DNA of 64,000 nt from an uncultured Pseudomonadales bacterium (GTDB taxonomy: Bacteria > Pseudomonadota > Gammaproteobacteria > Pseudomonadales > Azotimanducaceae). The notes under the pieces are model-generated. The model saw only the letters and a list, made by a program, of their open reading frames with translations, did no database searches and had not been told where the DNA came from. A program made the translations under genes and the position numbers. Numbering within the stretch: position 1 is the stretch's first letter; every line of letters begins with the position of its first letter. The stretch covers positions 26,175-90,174 of the forward strand of contig CAZJRI010000002.1 of the NCBI GenBank assembly GCA_964548025.1. The letters run 5' to 3'. Shown one piece after another: positions 46,737 through 55,033 of this stretch.

Positions 46737-47864
46737 ATGAATAAGCGCCTAAATACCGAATCGGCTTCGGCTGCGATGGTAAGTGCAGGGCTCAATCAAA
46801 ATGCGTTGGCTGAAGAACTGGGTGTCTCCCGAGAAGCTGTTTCACAGTGGTTGAAAAATAAGTCATTCCCTCGCCCCAATAAACTCTTGCAACTGAGCAA
46901 AGTACTCTCTTTGTCATTTGACGAGTTGGTTATTAAAGATGACCCAGCTCTGCCCATTGTTGCCTTCAGAAAGAAAAAGGGAACAAAAACAAAAGATCAT
47001 CATATTGAAAAAGCGCAAACCATGGGCATGATGTTAAGGCAATTGGTCAATTATCTGCCGTTCGATACATTAGAGATGCCACCAATTCTTAAAGCCCCCC
47101 AGTTAGATTATGAATATATTCAAAGGGTGGTGAAAAAAGTCCGCGATGATATTCGGGTTAGAGACGGTGATGTTGTTAACTTTTCTCACCTGACTCAGCG
47201 ATTCAAGGACTTACAGGCGGTGATCGTCCCTGTATTGTGGGGGGACAAAAAACAACATCAGAATGCGCTGCATATATATTTACCCGATTCTAGAACCACG
47301 TGGGTTTATCTGAATCTGGATGTAAATGTACACGATGCCAAGTTTTGGATGGCACATGAATTAGGACATTGTCTCACACCTACACTGTCTGGTGATGATG
47401 CTGAAGACTTTGCGGACAATTTCGCGGGAGCCCTTTTATTCCCGGAACATCATGCAGCAGAAGCCTGGGAAGACCTGGTATCTCTGGGTGCAAGAAAGCA
47501 AAAACTTCAAAAACTGAAGGATATTGCTGAGTGGGTGATGATTTCGCCGTATACCGTTTATCTTCAAGTGAACGCCTATGCCAGGCACAGTGGTAAAGAA
47601 GTGATTGACCTAAATCCTGATATCCATGCGTGGAGCACAAAACTAAACAAACAGTATCACAATATGAGTGAAACGCTGTTTCAATCAACAACGCAACCGG
47701 ATGTGCCAAAATATATTGAAGAAACACAGGCTTTTTTTGGTACACAATTCTTTGATGTGCTCAGTCGATATCTACGCGAGCAAAAAAAGGGCCCCGGGAT
47801 TGTTCAGACCTTGATGGATATACCATTACTTGATGCCAGGAGCATTCACGCTGGGTTGACGTAA
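46737..47864 (+). CDS. XRE-family HTH fused to an ImmA/IrrE (M78, COG2856) zinc metallopeptidase domain
   Basis: N-terminal HTH LNQNALAEELGVSREAVSQWL. Central HEXXH (MAHELGHC) followed by ADNFAGALLFPE, typical of ImmA/IrrE. Confidence 0.8.
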   Translation: MNKRLNTESASAAMVSAGLNQNALAEELGVSREAVSQWLKNKSFPRPNKLLQLSKVLSLSFDELVIKDDPALPIVAFRKKKGTKTKDHHIEKAQTMGMMLRQLVNYLPFDTLEMPPILKAPQLDYEYIQRVVKKVRDDIRVRDGDVVNFSHLTQRFKDLQAVIVPVLWGDKKQHQNALHIYLPDSRTTWVYLNLDVNVHDAKFWMAHELGHCLTPTLSGDDAEDFADNFAGALLFPEHHAAEAWEDLVSLGARKQKLQKLKDIAEWVMISPYTVYLQVNAYARHSGKEVIDLNPDIHAWSTKLNKQYHNMSETLFQSTTQPDVPKYIEETQAFFGTQFFDVLSRYLREQKKGPGIVQTLMDIPLLDARSIHAGLT

Positions 47865-48421
47865 TGCCCCAATCAAAGATTCTGGTTGATACCAATGTGT
47901 ATATTCGTCTTGCGCAGTCAATTAGACCTCTGTTGTTTACCCCTTTTGGTGATGCCGAGTATTGCCTATACGTTATACCCGATCTCAACAAAGAACTGTC
48001 GAACAGGCGGCTCTCAACAAAATTCGCTTGGGTAAATGAAGAAGAATACGTTGATAACAGAAAACACTACCCGAAAGTTAGCAGAAAACAACAGAAGAGT
48101 ATTCAAGATACTTTTCAGTTTGTGTGGGATCACGTTGAATCCGAGTTGCCTGGCCCTTCGCGGGTTGACGCATTGTACATAGCGCATGGGATGGAACTGG
48201 ATATTCCCGTTGTCACTGATGACAATGACATGATTGAATTGGCAGAAACCTTTGATGCTCAATTTATGCGCACGCTAGATTTGTTAAAATTAATGCTTGA
48301 TGCGGGTCACATAGACATGCAAAAAATAGATAGCGTGGTGGCATATTGGAAATACGTTAATGATGCTCCTGGGAACTTAGCAAAGCATTATAAAAAACTG
48401 TTCAAAAAGACAATTAAGTAG
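47864..48421 (+). CDS. PIN-like nuclease domain protein (DUF4411-like), putative toxin/effector
   Basis: ILVDTNVYI start and acidic residues at LNKELS, RVDALYIA and VVTDDNDM fit a PIN four-acid layout. The ATG shares one base with the upstream TAA. Confidence 0.65.
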   Translation: MPQSKILVDTNVYIRLAQSIRPLLFTPFGDAEYCLYVIPDLNKELSNRRLSTKFAWVNEEEYVDNRKHYPKVSRKQQKSIQDTFQFVWDHVESELPGPSRVDALYIAHGMELDIPVVTDDNDMIELAETFDAQFMRTLDLLKLMLDAGHIDMQKIDSVVAYWKYVNDAPGNLAKHYKKLFKKTIK

Positions 48422-48450
48422 TTCATGTGTATATTGATACTAGCGGTTGA

Positions 48451-49740
48451 CTAATGCAACGCATACAAAGCCCCAGTCTCTGAAATCCAATCCTGCCCAT
48501 CGAATTCACTATCACCAGACGCATCACGTGATGGGTATATAGGCAAATGCTTGCTAACTAAAAACTCTGGAATGACTTTCCCATCGCCATTACGGAAGTA
48601 CCACGAGCCTTCAAAATTTCTATGAATGGTATATCCACCTTCGTGGAGTAGACGATGATGCCTTCCACACAACAGAATCGTATTTTGTAAACTGGTTTCA
48701 CCACCATCGACCCAATGCATCACGTGATGCGCGTCAAGAAAATTCCTATGTGAACAACCTGGATATCGACAACATTTATCCCTACCGAGTAGTGCGCGTT
48801 TTAACGATGGTGAGACCGTTCTATGCTTTCTACCAGCGTTGAGAACGTTGCCTTTGTCGTCGTGAACAATAGAAACAAGACTTGCATCACAGCTAATCCG
48901 GCGGATTGATTCAATGGGTAGATCGCTCTTACCGGTTCTATGTAACAAGGCCGACTCATCGACGTGTACCATCACCTGGTAGTGATCAGCAGTAGAACTT
49001 GTTTGTTTCTCATCCCCTTTGAGATAGCTCTGAGCGACTAGAACAAGAGCGTCTGCCTGATTCTGAAAAAAGGAAGTTGTAGGTGATGCATCGTTCTTGT
49101 TTGGATAGTTTTCTGGACATTCAGGGAGTGGTTGTTCGTCGTGCGGCGGCTTGTTGTTGGCCAGAGAAGCTACAGCCATTTCAATTGCCTTCATGACCAA
49201 TTCACCAGATTCTCGAGTTAGTTCAATATTGATACTCATGGAGCCGTCGTCGCGCATATTACAACTCAGGTACCTGGATTTATGGACACGGTTGACATCA
49301 TCGGTTGATCTATTGCGTTGAACATTACGTAGTTGGCGACAGTGATCTTCTACTTGTGATGCTGTTGCCAGAGTGGCGAATTCAAGCAGAGAAGCTTCAT
49401 TAGCCGTGTCTGCAACACGGGTCAATGCTCTGGCTTTAGAGTAAGAAAGGTTTCCGCACCGAAATGCATCAGAACACTGCGGTAAATCGAAAAGGGCCAG
49501 GGCAACCCTGACTTTTTCACGTGCAGCACCAAGCGAGATACCACATTTCATATTCAGCCATTCTGCACAGTTGTTGAAGTGCCATGCTTTCCAACCCTGA
49601 CGAATTTCGAATTCTCGCACCATGACTAAGAATTCATACTCTGATGCACTAATTTGATGGGCGAGTGAGATGATTTCTCCTTCCAGTTGATCAAGCGAAC
49701 GGGTTGAGATTGGAGAAACTTTTTCATTAATAAAGCTCAT
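48451..49740 (-). CDS. DUF222 / HNH endonuclease (13E12-repeat-type)
   Basis: C-terminal CCRYPGCSHRNFLDAHHVMHWVDGGETSLQNTILLCGRHHRLLHEGGY is a classic HNH block. The long helical N-terminus is typical of DUF222. Confidence 0.8.
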   Translation of the reverse strand: MSFINEKVSPISTRSLDQLEGEIISLAHQISASEYEFLVMVREFEIRQGWKAWHFNNCAEWLNMKCGISLGAAREKVRVALALFDLPQCSDAFRCGNLSYSKARALTRVADTANEASLLEFATLATASQVEDHCRQLRNVQRNRSTDDVNRVHKSRYLSCNMRDDGSMSINIELTRESGELVMKAIEMAVASLANNKPPHDEQPLPECPENYPNKNDASPTTSFFQNQADALVLVAQSYLKGDEKQTSSTADHYQVMVHVDESALLHRTGKSDLPIESIRRISCDASLVSIVHDDKGNVLNAGRKHRTVSPSLKRALLGRDKCCRYPGCSHRNFLDAHHVMHWVDGGETSLQNTILLCGRHHRLLHEGGYTIHRNFEGSWYFRNGDGKVIPEFLVSKHLPIYPSRDASGDSEFDGQDWISETGALYALH

Positions 49741-49758
49741 ATCCGTAACTTCTACCTA

Positions 49759-49778
49759 TACTGTAATAATATACAGTA
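49759..49778. promoter_or_regulatory. LexA (SOS) box upstream of the DUF222-HNH endonuclease gene
   Basis: TACTGTAATAATATACAGTA has exact CTGT-N8-ACAG with TA flanks and matches the consensus at 17 of 20 positions. It lies 19-38 nt upstream of the minus-strand ATG at 49740. Confidence 0.75.
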
Positions 49779-50014
49779 TTGTAACCCAAAGCTATTCAGA
49801 CATAAAGGACTCGTTGGTAAATGTGTGAGCCAAATAGCTAACGGATTGTAGAAGTCGCTTTCTGATCTGCGGAGTTCTTTGATCCTGATTTGAACAGACG
49901 CGCGGTCATTTCTATTGGGAAGATAGAGATAATAAACCGCAGCAGTACACTATTCACACAAGACATGTATGATAAGCGTCAGCAATCCACTATTAATCGA
50001 CGAAGGAGCAGATC

Positions 50015-50443
50015 ATGGCAACTCTCGAAGACAGGATACGCATTCTCGAAGATCGTGAAGAGATTCGCGAACTTACCACCCGGTACTGTCATGCTGTTGC
50101 GGCGGGAGATGCGGCAGCAATTGTGGATCTGTTCTGTGAGGATGGTACGTTCAGCACGAACGAGCGGTCGACCAGCGGAAAGGAGGCGCTCATGCGTTTT
50201 TATACCAGTCTGGCTGAGCAACCACCGATTCCATTTATACAGAATCATGTGCTGGATGAGATTAATAACGATAGTGCAAAAGGGCGGTGTTCGGCAGAGA
50301 TTCGCATGGTCCAGAATGGGGAATCCATTACTACAGCGGGTTGGTACACTGACAGTTTCAGGCGAGTAGATGGCAACTGGAAATTCGCAACGCGTTTCTT
50401 CCATGTCTTTCACATGGTTCCGTTGAGAGAAGGCTGGGCCTGA
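50015..50443 (+). CDS. SnoaL-like / NTF2-fold protein
   Basis: LEDRIRILEDREEIRELTTRYCHAVAAGD ... DGNWKFATR is the typical SnoaL_4 pattern. RBS GAAGGAG. Confidence 0.75.
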   Translation: MATLEDRIRILEDREEIRELTTRYCHAVAAGDAAAIVDLFCEDGTFSTNERSTSGKEALMRFYTSLAEQPPIPFIQNHVLDEINNDSAKGRCSAEIRMVQNGESITTAGWYTDSFRRVDGNWKFATRFFHVFHMVPLREGWA

Positions 50444-50481
50444 GTGGCAATACAAAATTCGCATCACAAAGGAAATCACGA

Positions 50482-50937
50482 ATGGGATTATTAACCGATG
50501 AACATCGCGCCTGGATAGGTAAGGCTGAACCTTCGAAATCGGTCGAAGTCAGTCGGCGGGATATTGTCAAGTACGCGGTGGCGACAGAGCAGAAGCAACA
50601 GAAATATCTGGATGGTGATGAGGCGCCACCAATGTTCATCTTCAATCTGTTCGGCTCTATTTCACAGCTTGATAACCTGCGTCAGGATGGATTGGCAAGA
50701 GGGTCAGGACAGGGGCCAAGCCTGCCGCTCAAACGTGTGATGGCAGGCGGGACGGAAATTCATATTCACCGCCCGATAAGACCGGGAGACAAACTCGTAG
50801 GAACGCAGCGGATATCGGATATGTATGAAAAAGAAGGTTCCACGGGTCCCCTTATTTTTACAGTTAGAACATTAACCGTAACAACAGATTCAGGTGAACC
50901 GGTTCTCGATGAAGTGCAAACCGGTATAGCGAGGTAG
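50482..50937 (+). CDS. MaoC-N / FAS1-type hot-dog dehydratase subunit
   Basis: VSRRDIVKYAVATE ... PPMF ... GGTEIHIHRPIRPGD pattern of the N-terminal half of hydratase pairs. Confidence 0.7.
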   Translation: MGLLTDEHRAWIGKAEPSKSVEVSRRDIVKYAVATEQKQQKYLDGDEAPPMFIFNLFGSISQLDNLRQDGLARGSGQGPSLPLKRVMAGGTEIHIHRPIRPGDKLVGTQRISDMYEKEGSTGPLIFTVRTLTVTTDSGEPVLDEVQTGIAR

Positions 50938-50939
50938 GT

Positions 50940-51374
50940 ATGAGCCAAACAGAGAATGAGAATATTGATCTAGATGTATTGAATGTCGGCGATTCGCTCC
51001 CAACCAGAGAATATGTTGCAACCAATGTGAGTCTGTTTCTATACAATGCCGCTGTCTGGAATGCCCATAGAATTCACTATGATGAAACCTATACGACCCA
51101 GGTAGAGAAGCACCCTGGTGTTGTAATTGATGGACCGTTGCAGGGAGACTGGCTGAGTCAGTGCGCCATTAACTGGTTAGGCGACCAGGGTGAATTGGTA
51201 TCTTTTAGTTATAGTAACCGAAGGGCGGCATATCTCGGTGAGACCCTCACCACGGGCGGAAGCGTAACGGAGATTAACCATACTGATTCTACGGTCAACG
51301 TCGATCTTTTTGTTCAAAATGAGAAAGGTGAAGTTATCACACCGGGTGGTGCGGTCGTGAAGATCTTCAGTTGA
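50940..51374 (+). CDS. MaoC-family (R)-specific enoyl-CoA hydratase subunit
   Basis: The NAHRIHYDETY hydratase motif region and a hot-dog fold length. Starts 2 nt after the previous stop. Confidence 0.75.
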   Translation: MSQTENENIDLDVLNVGDSLPTREYVATNVSLFLYNAAVWNAHRIHYDETYTTQVEKHPGVVIDGPLQGDWLSQCAINWLGDQGELVSFSYSNRRAAYLGETLTTGGSVTEINHTDSTVNVDLFVQNEKGEVITPGGAVVKIFS

Positions 51375-51494
51375 GCACTATTTGAAAACTCATACCGGAT
51401 TGATAGCAAGCTAATTGTATTCTTAAATTCAGGATTATAGACTGAACCTGTTACAAAGGTATTAGGCTGTTCCATCCTTTCAAAGGGATTGAAA

Positions 51495-54400
51495 ATGGAC
51501 AATCTAAAAGTCTTTATATCCTCACCCGGTGATGTTGAAGTTGAACGAACACTGGTCTCAAAAGTCATCAATCTATTACAGATTGAGTTTGATGAGCAGG
51601 TGGTTTTGGAAGCTGTTCTCTGGGAAAGAGAAGTCCTGCTGGCAACCGCCAATTTCCAGGATCAACTCGATCTGCCTTCAGTTTGTGATATCGCAGTGTT
51701 TATTCTGGGGGATCGAATCGGCACGCCCCTGCCTCCTAATTATCATCGTGAAGATGGCAGCAGATACCTGTCAGGCACAGAGTTTGAATTTGAAGATGCT
51801 ATAGCCGGTTTCCGCAAAAATGGATATCCCCATATTCTCGTTTACAAAAAATACCGGGATAAATATATAAAACTTGACGATAGGGTTGATGAGATCCTTA
51901 ACCAGAAGCGTGAACTGGAAAAGTTTGTCAACAAATGGTTCCTGGACGATGAAAACAAGGCATTCTCCGGTGCTTTCTACTCATTCAATTCCTCTGATGA
52001 ATTTGAACACCTGGTCGAAACCCATCTATACAAACTGATAAGCCAGTTGGTTGTCGGCCATTCTGAGAATCGCAGCGGTGCAGAAAAGCAGTGGCTGAGG
52101 GGCAATCCGTATCTGGGACTCAATAGCTTTCGGTATGAGGATGCACCAATTTATTTCGGTCGCACCAGGGCGATATCGGAATGTATTGATCTACTGGACG
52201 ACGCTGATGATTTTGAGTGCCCTTTTCTTTTGATACTCGGTATGAGCGGTGGCGGCAAGTCCTCCCTCGTGCATGCCGGAATACTTCCGATGTTAACCGG
52301 CAGGGGAATTGACAGAGGAATCAGAATCAGTCGATGGGCATCAATACGTCCGACTGAATTGCAGGGCAGTCTGGTCCAGCACTTGATATCGACTGTAGTT
52401 AATCAGTTCACGGCACTGGATGAAAAGAAAGAAGTCTGGGGAAGAGAGAGACTTCTGCAGTTGGAGCAGCTTTCAGATGATGAAGAACTGACCGCGACAC
52501 TGCTAACCTTACTGAACAAAGAGAAGGAGTATGAAGACGAGAGGTTTGTTCTGGTGGTGGATCAATTTGAGGAGTTATTTACCAGCAGCGCAATATCGGA
52601 ATCGGAGCGTAACCGCTTTGTTGTTCTGTTAGACGCACTGGTGCGCGGTGCGTCTGTATGGTGCATCTGCACCCTGAGAAGCGACTTTTATCCTGAACTT
52701 ACAAGCTTGCCAATGCTGGTAACACTGAAGACTGACGGAGCCCAGTTTGATTTGCCCGCTCCAACCCCATCTGAAATTTCTCTTATGATCAGGGGACCTG
52801 CGATTGCGGCCGGTTTGCATTTTGAGAAAGACAGCACAACCGGTATTTCACTGGATGAACGAATACGCAATATCGCAGAGGACAATCCCGAAATTTTACC
52901 TTTGCTGGAGTATACCCTTTCGGAATTGTACGAGCAGTGTGATGCGGACGGTTGGTTGACGAACAAAGCCTATATGGATCTGGGTGGCGTTGAAGGAGCA
53001 CTCGCTAAATCCGCAGAAAGATGTTTCGAAAGCCTGTCTCGTGAAGAGCAGGAATCTCTTCCAATTGTCTTCAATACATTATTTGATTTCTCGCCTGATG
53101 GTAGTAGTGGTCGACGATGGGCAAGTGTTGAGGACCTTCAAAGCAGGGAGGCGCTTGGTTTCCTGAGTGCGTTTGTTGATGCTCGCTTGTTTGTGATGGA
53201 ACTCGATAGCAATGAACAGCAAATCGTTACCGTTACCCATGAATCACTATTCAGATACTGGCCGAGACTAAGCGAGTGGGTAGAAAATAACAGGGATCAG
53301 CTCCGGGTGAGATCACGGGTTAGTGCGGCATCAGAACTATGGGCGCAGCAGGGGCAGTCTGCTGATTTATTGCTGGGCAGGGGCATCCCGGCTGAAGAAG
53401 CAGGGTTGCTGGTCGACTCTGGTTTGAGTTTGAGTGAAACAACCAGGCAGTTTATTCAGACATCACTTGCCCGGGTGCAGTTGAATCGAAGATTCAGATA
53501 TGGCGGATTCTTTCTGGTCTTTGTATTTGCAATAGTTGCAGGGGTATCCGGCTACCTGGCGAATCTGTCAAACAATGATGCACTTCGGCGACTGGCACAG
53601 AATGACGATCTCATTACTTTTATGTTGGATGATCTTATCGAACAACTGAGACCCATCGGCCGATTGGAGCCGATCAGAATTGTTGGTGAGAAAGCCATTA
53701 ACTATTTTGAGACCATCGATGACAAAGACAGAACCGATACTGCGCGGCTCAAACATGCTCAGGCGTTGCGTCAGGTGGGGCAGATCTATTTTGAAGCTGG
53801 TGAATTTAATGTGGCCACACAGGCATTCAGTGAATCTTTGAGGCAGGCCAGGATACTTCATGAACTTGATCGGCTGAACACCGACCGGGAGTTTGAACTA
53901 GGGCAGGCGTACTATTGGGTTGCCTTGTCCAAGTTTGACAGCGGGAAACTCAATGAGGCTGAAGAATTCCTTCTACGCTATTTTGAGATTTCAGAATCCC
54001 TTGCGAAGAAAAGACCGGACAATGTCGACTGGCAGATGGAACTTGGCTATGCGTACCAGAATTTAGGTGCCCTGGAAGAAAGGCGGAATCAAAATAGCGA
54101 AGCACTGGTCTATTTTGATTCCGCTACCCGTATATTTTCAACCCTGGTTGAGACCTACCCGGACCGTGGCTACATAGCAAGAGAGCTGGCAGAAAATTAC
54201 TCCTGGCTTGGCTCGAACTATCGAGACATGGGTGATTTAGATCGGTCACTGACCTATTTCCTGAGAGAAGAAGAAATCACGCGACGACTTGTAGAAGAGA
54301 ATGACGATGCCAACTGGCGATACAGTCTGATGCATGCCTATAGGCACCTCGGAGAACTCTACATTGATCTTGGCAACCTGGGAGAAGCCAGAGATCAATT

Positions 54401-55010
54401 CAATCTCGGCCTGAATATAGCAGACAAGTTGGTTGCCAGCGATGATCAGAATATTGACTGGATCTATGGCAAGGCGCTGTGTCGTTTCTATCTGGCCCAG
54501 ATCAGTGTCTATATGGACGACAATACTACCGTAAAGCAATCTCTTGATAGGGCTCTAGCTGCAATCGACCGACTCCGGGACAGTGACAATCTTAACTGGC
54601 GGATATTAGAAATCAGAGCTCAGCTATTACAGGCGGTTCACAATTTCAGGGTCAACGAGATCAATATGGCGAGCGAAATGATTGTAACAACTGACGATGA
54701 TATTAAGGCGTTGCTGCTGGAGTATCCGGACAATCTTGAGCTGAGGAGACTGGCATTGAAGAGTAATTTAGTTCTCTTGATGCGAAATGAAGATCTTGCA
54801 GAAAGAGCGCAGATACTGGCCGATGCCTCGGAACTGGTAACACAACAACTGCTTTCTTCGGACAGGCCAGAGGACCTGATAGCGATGTTGATGTTTTATG
54901 CAAATAGAGGAGATGAAAATGATCAACTGACGAACTACCGGGATAAGCTAGAAGGGATAGGTGTGAAACACCCTGAAATAGAACAAATAATGACGGCGGA
55001 ATATTACTAA
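51495..55010 (+). CDS. DUF4062/TIR-like N-terminal domain - STAND P-loop NTPase - single TM helix - TPR array protein
   Basis: KVFISSPGDVEVER...SGTEFEFEDA...HILVYKK (N-terminal Rossmannoid). GNPYLGLNSFRYEDAPIYFGR, Walker A GMSGGGKSS (52239-52262), Walker B FVLVVDQFEELFT (from 52548). Hydrophobic helix GGFFLVFVFAIVAGVSGYLA (about 53502-53564). About 470 aa of TPR-like repeats. ATG 51495 follows AAAGGGA; a TTG lies at 51489. Confidence 0.8.
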   Translation: MDNLKVFISSPGDVEVERTLVSKVINLLQIEFDEQVVLEAVLWEREVLLATANFQDQLDLPSVCDIAVFILGDRIGTPLPPNYHREDGSRYLSGTEFEFEDAIAGFRKNGYPHILVYKKYRDKYIKLDDRVDEILNQKRELEKFVNKWFLDDENKAFSGAFYSFNSSDEFEHLVETHLYKLISQLVVGHSENRSGAEKQWLRGNPYLGLNSFRYEDAPIYFGRTRAISECIDLLDDADDFECPFLLILGMSGGGKSSLVHAGILPMLTGRGIDRGIRISRWASIRPTELQGSLVQHLISTVVNQFTALDEKKEVWGRERLLQLEQLSDDEELTATLLTLLNKEKEYEDERFVLVVDQFEELFTSSAISESERNRFVVLLDALVRGASVWCICTLRSDFYPELTSLPMLVTLKTDGAQFDLPAPTPSEISLMIRGPAIAAGLHFEKDSTTGISLDERIRNIAEDNPEILPLLEYTLSELYEQCDADGWLTNKAYMDLGGVEGALAKSAERCFESLSREEQESLPIVFNTLFDFSPDGSSGRRWASVEDLQSREALGFLSAFVDARLFVMELDSNEQQIVTVTHESLFRYWPRLSEWVENNRDQLRVRSRVSAASELWAQQGQSADLLLGRGIPAEEAGLLVDSGLSLSETTRQFIQTSLARVQLNRRFRYGGFFLVFVFAIVAGVSGYLANLSNNDALRRLAQNDDLITFMLDDLIEQLRPIGRLEPIRIVGEKAINYFETIDDKDRTDTARLKHAQALRQVGQIYFEAGEFNVATQAFSESLRQARILHELDRLNTDREFELGQAYYWVALSKFDSGKLNEAEEFLLRYFEISESLAKKRPDNVDWQMELGYAYQNLGALEERRNQNSEALVYFDSATRIFSTLVETYPDRGYIARELAENYSWLGSNYRDMGDLDRSLTYFLREEEITRRLVEENDDANWRYSLMHAYRHLGELYIDLGNLGEARDQFNLGLNIADKLVASDDQNIDWIYGKALCRFYLAQISVYMDDNTTVKQSLDRALAAIDRLRDSDNLNWRILEIRAQLLQAVHNFRVNEINMASEMIVTTDDDIKALLLEYPDNLELRRLALKSNLVLLMRNEDLAERAQILADASELVTQQLLSSDRPEDLIAMLMFYANRGDENDQLTNYRDKLEGIGVKHPEIEQIMTAEYY

Positions 55011-55033
55011 GATGGATAAAAGGAGTGATTACC

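Noticed and set aside
46396-49900. Calling the AT-rich patch a defined mobile element (prophage remnant, ICE or IS).
   Set aside because: I could find no integrase, transposase, tRNA attachment site or terminal repeats by eye. Only the composition and gene content are suggestive.
49890-50369. 159-aa plus-strand ORF spanning the island border and overlapping the SnoaL-like gene.
   Set aside because: It is out of frame with the motif-bearing SnoaL ORF, which has a GAAGGAG RBS. The sequence is Arg-rich and shows no motif.
51495-55010. Naming the STAND protein as a specific Avs, bNACHT or TIR-NLR family member.
   Set aside because: The assignment would need profile or structure comparison that I cannot run. 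The TM helix and DUF4062-like head do not match any named type I can recall with confidence.
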